Origin: Promethearchaeota archaeon
GTDB lineage: Archaea > Asgardarchaeota > Lokiarchaeia > Sigyniarchaeales > SOKP01
DNA length: 21,333 nt
Assembly (NCBI GenBank): GCA_004524535.1
Contig: SDNY01000059.1
Coordinates: forward strand, 1 to 21,333
Direction of reading: 5' to 3'
Part shown: positions 17,053 through 21,333 of the stretch, piece by piece
Layout of the letters: every line of letters starts with the position of its first letter
Position numbering within the stretch: the first letter of the stretch is position 1
Position numbers and translations under genes: made by a program
The notes under the pieces: model-generated
What the model was told of the DNA's origin: nothing
Databases searched by the model: none
What the model saw: the letters and a program-made list of their open reading frames with translations, nothing else

Positions 17053-19591
17053 ATTTAATCTCCTCCGATAATTGATTATAAAAAGTTTTCACCATCTCAG
17101 CAAATTTTATACCTTCTACAGCATTCATATTTTCAATTATAATGCGTTTCTTATATTTGGGATTTAAAACATCTTTCAATAATTCAATTTTACGTTGAAT
17201 TTTTTCAATGCCGTCAATATATCTACATGAGTTTCTCCTACAACCAATTATCATAACTCCATCAAATCCATGTTCAAATGAATTAATTATGAAGCTTGTG
17301 TCAATGCGCCCTGTACAAGGAACTTGAACTATGAAGATGTTTGGATTATAGGAGATCTTTTTTAATCCTGCATCATCTGCAGCTGCGTAACCACACGAAC
17401 GACAGCAGAATGCTATAATTTTTGGCCGTTTTTTAAATTTTGAGAGTATTTCAATCGTTCTATTAATCTTTTCTGTGGTATCTATGTTCATTTCTATCGC
17501 ATTAGTCGGACACACACTTACACAGGTACCGCATCCCTTACATTTAAACATGTCGATGCTTAATTTATCTGATTCTATGGTTATAGCATTATATGGACAT
17601 GATTTCGAGCATAATCCACATATTCCACATAATTCCTCATTGATTTCAATTCCACTAAACTCTGATATTAAAGAATCCTTAGATAAAAGTGCTATTATTT
17701 TTAATGCAACATTATTAGCTGTAGAAATCGTAGAATTATAATCCAAAGGTCCGAAAATTGTCCCTACTCCATATATTCCAGAGGCTATTGTTTCTTCGCT
17801 CATAAAACCGTTATCATCAAGAGTGAAATCCATAGTTTTTCGCAAGATTTTCAAATCTTTATTCGGCACCATCATGACATTCAAGACTATTAAATCACTC
17901 GGATATTCTTTAGAGTTAGCAACAATTATATTTTTATTGTTTCTTTCAATAATTTTCAAGTCATTTACATAATGAAACTTTTTATCCATATGAGTTGATA
18001 ACGAATTATGATTTTCCTTAAGTTTGTTTAAATCATAAAAAACATTTACCTCACAATTAGGAATATGTTGTTTTATTGATTCTAGATATTTTAATGCTAA
18101 AATATCATTATACTCTAATCGATTATATATAGGACCTACGCATTGGATAATTGAAACAGATTCAGGAGGCACTTTACTTGAGATTTTCAAGATATCTCCA
18201 TTTGTAAAACCATCAGAAGAAAGCATTCTTTCGAATTCGGGAGATGTAATAATATCATTTTTTGGATTATAATGATATTCTTCTAAATCTGAATAAAGAT
18301 CAGACCCAATTGCGATTACTTTTGTACCAACTTTGATTCTAATTTTTTCTAATTTCTGATCTAAGTCAATCGCTTTATTAATACAGGCGCGTTCACAAAT
18401 TCTACAATTGATACAATTTTTTATGTCCTCCTCATCAATTATAGGAGCAAATGGATAAGAATGAATAAATGGAATATAAATTATTTTTCTATTTGTTAGT
18501 TCAAATTCATATTGATTAGGTTTTTCTATACTACATACTTCAATGCATTGTTTACAACCTGTACACTTTTTTTCATCAACAAAACGAGGTTTTTTAATTA
18601 AATCAATCGTAAAATTCCCAACCTCTCCAGATACGTTCTCAATTTCCGTATTAGTTAAAATTTTTATATTTTTTTCGTTAACCAATTCAGCAATTAATTC
18701 AGAAATAAAACAAATTGAACAATCTCCTATATTTGAAATTCGATCCCATCTAGCAACCTTCCCCCCTAATGTCGGTGATTTTTCAATAAGATATACTTTA
18801 ATTCCAGCTTTAGCCAAATTTAGTGCAAGAGTCATACCTCCTATACCCCCTCCTATAATTGCACAACTTTTTTCAATCTCAACTCTCTTTGCTTTCACTT
18901 TTTTTTGCATTATTACTCTTTCTATAGCCGCTTCTATTAACAACTTAGCTTTTTCTAATATGAGCAGGGGATCGAATTCTCTACCATTTGAATGATGTAC
19001 CCATGCACATTGTTCTCGTATATTCGCAATCTCAATATTGGCATGCTCTATAACCTTTTCAAATATCCTCTCAAATAGATGTTGATGTGTTTTCGGTGAA
19101 CATGCCGCTATAACTATTTTATTAATGAAATTTTCTTTAACCCAATTTGTAATTTTGCTAAAATTCTTTTGTTGGCATAAATTCTCAAAAATTTTTACGG
19201 AAACAACATTCCGAAGCTTATTGATATAATTTTCTAACGCATTTACATTGATAATATTTGAAATTTCAGTATTACAATTACATATGATTACCCCTACTCG
19301 ACTTATAGTACTTCCTTTTGCACCTAAATATTCATCAACGTTTTCTCCTGATAAAATTCTTTTATTAATATTAAGAATTTGTAATATTTTTTTACCATCT
19401 TCCGTAATAAAATATGATTTTTTATCTTTATTTATAAGAGAACCGAGTTTTTTTAAATGAAAATTTAATTGACCTGTTGTCTCTAAATTTAATCGCTCCA
19501 TTAAATCCGTATAAGGGATATATCCTTCTTTTTCTAAAATAAGTAAAATTTTTCGCCTAAATGGATGAGATAATATAGAATAAATATCCAA
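17042..19591 (-). CDS. hdrA: Fusion: ArsR-like winged HTH + divergent HdrA + MvhD
   Basis: LSHPFRRKILLIL...TGQLNFHLKKL...YFITEDGKK (wHTH); AACSPKTH, NIREQCAWVH, GGGIGG, EFERML and two ferredoxin pairs (HdrA); IIAFCCRSCGYAAAD, VPCTGRID, GCRRNSCRY (MvhD). Confidence 0.9.
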   Translation of the reverse strand: MDIYSILSHPFRRKILLILEKEGYIPYTDLMERLNLETTGQLNFHLKKLGSLINKDKKSYFITEDGKKILQILNINKRILSGENVDEYLGAKGSTISRVGVIICNCNTEISNIINVNALENYINKLRNVVSVKIFENLCQQKNFSKITNWVKENFINKIVIAACSPKTHQHLFERIFEKVIEHANIEIANIREQCAWVHHSNGREFDPLLILEKAKLLIEAAIERVIMQKKVKAKRVEIEKSCAIIGGGIGGMTLALNLAKAGIKVYLIEKSPTLGGKVARWDRISNIGDCSICFISELIAELVNEKNIKILTNTEIENVSGEVGNFTIDLIKKPRFVDEKKCTGCKQCIEVCSIEKPNQYEFELTNRKIIYIPFIHSYPFAPIIDEEDIKNCINCRICERACINKAIDLDQKLEKIRIKVGTKVIAIGSDLYSDLEEYHYNPKNDIITSPEFERMLSSDGFTNGDILKISSKVPPESVSIIQCVGPIYNRLEYNDILALKYLESIKQHIPNCEVNVFYDLNKLKENHNSLSTHMDKKFHYVNDLKIIERNNKNIIVANSKEYPSDLIVLNVMMVPNKDLKILRKTMDFTLDDNGFMSEETIASGIYGVGTIFGPLDYNSTISTANNVALKIIALLSKDSLISEFSGIEINEELCGICGLCSKSCPYNAITIESDKLSIDMFKCKGCGTCVSVCPTNAIEMNIDTTEKINRTIEILSKFKKRPKIIAFCCRSCGYAAADDAGLKKISYNPNIFIVQVPCTGRIDTSFIINSFEHGFDGVMIIGCRRNSCRYIDGIEKIQRKIELLKDVLNPKYKKRIIIENMNAVEGIKFAEMVKTFYNQLSEEIKFEA

Positions 19592-19690
19592 TTTTTACCT
19601 ATCCTCTCCTTTTTCAATTTTTTTTTTTTATTAAAAAATAGTATGGATATTCTAAAATTAAATGACAATTTTAACAAATTATTTATCTAC

Positions 19691-19720
19691 ATGACAAAAA
19701 TAGTTGTCAAAATATATAAA
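19691..19720 (-). promoter_or_regulatory. Minus-strand TATA box with an operator immediately downstream (hdrA-mvh operon)
   Basis: ATGACAA-aaatag-TTGTCAA at 19691-19710; 19711-19720 reads TTTATATATT on the minus strand. Confidence 0.6.
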
Positions 19721-19746
19721 TCTATCTATTGTGATCAGTCATCAGG

Positions 19747-19771
19747 ATTTACCAAATTGATCATGGTAAAT
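19747..19771. promoter_or_regulatory. Inverted repeat ATTTACCA-N9-TGGTAAAT, candidate second regulator site
   Basis: Perfect 8-bp arms with TGATCA in the spacer; lies between the divergent hdrA and lrp genes. Confidence 0.4.
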
Positions 19772-20037
19772 ATTTATTCGAAATTTTTTATCGGTCTCAT
19801 TAAAATTAATACAAGTCCTATACCTTTAAATAATAAAAATAAGTTTTTCTAGTTTCAGTTATATGATTTTTTATCCATTAATTATGATTCAAATTATATT
19901 TTAATAAATATATGATTGTTTTTTTAATAAAAATGAAAAGATTTAATAATTCAATTACTCTTTTTATAATTAGAAATTATCATTTTAATTAAAATAATTT
20001 ATGAAGAAATAAATAATTGAAATCTCTTAACAGGTGA

Positions 20038-20463
20038 TTGCTTATTGATGTGATTGACCTAAAAATACTTGAAGAATTGAAACAAGATAGTAGAGTAAGT
20101 TTCAATGAAATCTCTCAAAAAGTTGGAAAAACTGAAGCAACTGTTCGTCGTCGCGTAAAAAAATTAATTGATGAAGGAATAATTAAAAGGTTTACAATTG
20201 AATATTCTATTGATTCAAAGCCAAAAACTCGTGCAACTGTTAAAATCGAGCCTGATTTTAAGGAAATTAAAAGGATACTAAATAGTTTAGCGCAAATTCA
20301 AGAGATCACGGATATTTGGAGGCTTTCAGGAGAATGTGGATTGCTATTGAAAGTAGAAATTGATTCCATTGAGCTCTTTAATCCGTTGATTGAAGAGAAA
20401 ATTAGTACCGTTAATGGTATTAGAATAGTAGAAACATGTTTTATAACAGATATAATTAAGTAA
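20038..20463 (+). CDS. Lrp/AsnC family transcriptional regulator
   Basis: DVIDLKILEELKQDSRVSFNEISQKVGKTEATVRRRVKKLIDEGIIKRFT HTH plus C-terminal RAM domain. Confidence 0.93.
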   Translation: MLIDVIDLKILEELKQDSRVSFNEISQKVGKTEATVRRRVKKLIDEGIIKRFTIEYSIDSKPKTRATVKIEPDFKEIKRILNSLAQIQEITDIWRLSGECGLLLKVEIDSIELFNPLIEEKISTVNGIRIVETCFITDIIK

Positions 20464-20635
20464 TATATTTTTTTTGAAATTTAATTGATTTAACCTTATT
20501 TTTTTCTTTTTTTTTAAAAATAAGATTTTGATAAAAATATTTTTCAAACTTTTGTAATCAAAAATTTACTATTATGTAAAATCACTTAATTTGCTAATAA
20601 GATTCTTGATTTGTAATTTAATTAAGATTGTAAAT

Positions 20636-20655
20636 TTGACAAAACAAATTGTCAA
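20636..20655. promoter_or_regulatory. Perfect palindromic operator TTGACAA-N6-TTGTCAA
   Basis: ttgacaa aacaaa ttgtcaa, upstream of TTTATAT (~20684) and the second LELKP gene pair. Confidence 0.7.
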
Positions 20656-20754
20656 TAACCTAGAAATTTCTCTTATCAAATTCTTTATATTTTGGGGATT
20701 TCACTTTATTCTTGGAATAGTAATATGATAAAAAAAGAAAGAGGTGGTTTAAAA

Positions 20755-20988
20755 ATGGAAATTTTAGAAGTTAAACTTACTCCAGTTGAAGATATAAAAA
20801 AAACCCAGGATAATGAATTCTTAAAAGAACTAGCAGAGGGATATCTTGAAGTAGAGATTTCCAAAAAGAAGGCGTTACTAAAAGAATATTCAAAAGCTTA
20901 TGATAATTTACAAGATAAAGATTCCTTTAATGGACAGTACCTAGAGACATTGATATCCATATTAAGAGATGAGCTAAAGGATAATTAA
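20755..20988 (+). CDS. 77-aa miniature LELKP-family protein (N-terminal peptide + helical hairpin only)
   Basis: ATG at 20755 after RBS gaggtgg; MEILEVK; AEGYLEVEISKKKALLKEY...DSFNGQYL aligns with VKDYLYVEILEKE...NSFKAQNL (7877) and NKKALLKKF (8516). Confidence 0.75.
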   Translation: MEILEVKLTPVEDIKKTQDNEFLKELAEGYLEVEISKKKALLKEYSKAYDNLQDKDSFNGQYLETLISILRDELKDN

Positions 20989-21046
20989 CCATTTTTTTCC
21001 TTAATTATAAATATAATATTAATTTCTGAAGGAGGTGTATAATAAA

Positions 21047-21333
21047 ATGGAAGTTTTGGAATTAAAACCAATAAAAAATAAAAATATGACAGTTTATTTA
21101 ATTGAAAAACCAAAAAATTCAATTAATTCACAGAATTTAAGATGTCTCATCGATTTTTTACTCACTAAAGAAATTAAATTTATCTCTATAGATTTAGAGG
21201 ATAGAGATTTGAACAATGGAAAAAATGCATCAATAGAAAAATTACTTGAAGAAATTAAAGTTCCATGTCATCGCGTTGATATTCCTGAATACGCAAAGGG
21301 ATATCTTTATGAAGAGATATCCCAAAAGGAGGA
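21047..21333 (+). CDS. LELKP-family protein (partial, runs off the window; not in the ORF track)
   Basis: RBS ggaggtg at 21031; MEVLELKPIKNKNMTVYLIE...FISIDLE...KVPCHRVDIPEYAKGYLYEEISQKE, open to the window end. Confidence 0.85.
   Translation, partial: MEVLELKPIKNKNMTVYLIEKPKNSINSQNLRCLIDFLLTKEIKFISIDLEDRDLNNGKNASIEKLLEEIKVPCHRVDIPEYAKGYLYEEISQKE

Noticed and set aside
8404-19460. ORFs 8404-8718, 9741-9923, 10603-10923, 13004-13378, 13505-13696, 14268-14672, 17475-17741, 18543-18995 and 19248-19460
   Set aside because: Antisense shadows of well-supported genes, with the typical I/S/F/L-rich composition.
19643-19852. 69-aa ORF in the hdrA-lrp intergenic region
   Set aside because: Overlaps the operator and TATA elements, low complexity, no RBS.
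20344-20547. 67-aa minus-strand ORF
   Set aside because: Antisense to lrp and runs through poly-T tracts.
20692-20754. Upstream TTG start for the mini LELKP gene
   Set aside because: ATG 20755 has the RBS and matches the N-termini of the paralogs.

Overview
AT-rich archaeal window; the gene content suggests Asgard/Lokiarchaeia (inference from Lrp/TrmB-type HTHs, an MtdB-type dehydrogenase and a uDENN/longin-like protein). Left end: TauE/SafE permease gene(s) and a membrane histidine kinase, separated by a ~1.9 kb GC-rich insertion flanked by a perfect 44-bp direct repeat. The rest is a redox/C1 cluster: three FrhB-family proteins (one fused to NfnB), NfnA, an Mtd fusion, a wHTH-HdrA-MvhD / MvhG / MvhA operon followed by a longin-like gene, and an Lrp regulator. 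Top candidate for a novel system is a one-component H2/redox-sensing regulator. The [NiFe] large subunit has two signatures of sensory hydrogenases (His->Gln after the L1 CxxC; no cleavable C-terminal extension), and its HdrA partner carries an N-terminal winged-HTH and has lost the CSxxCC Fe-S motif. All three FrhB proteins also carry HTH domains. A TTGACAA-N6-TTGTCAA palindrome recurs upstream of these operons and of a four-member uncharacterised 'LELKP' paralog family, one member of which is fused to Mtd. All functional calls come from motif recognition by eye; no searches were run.
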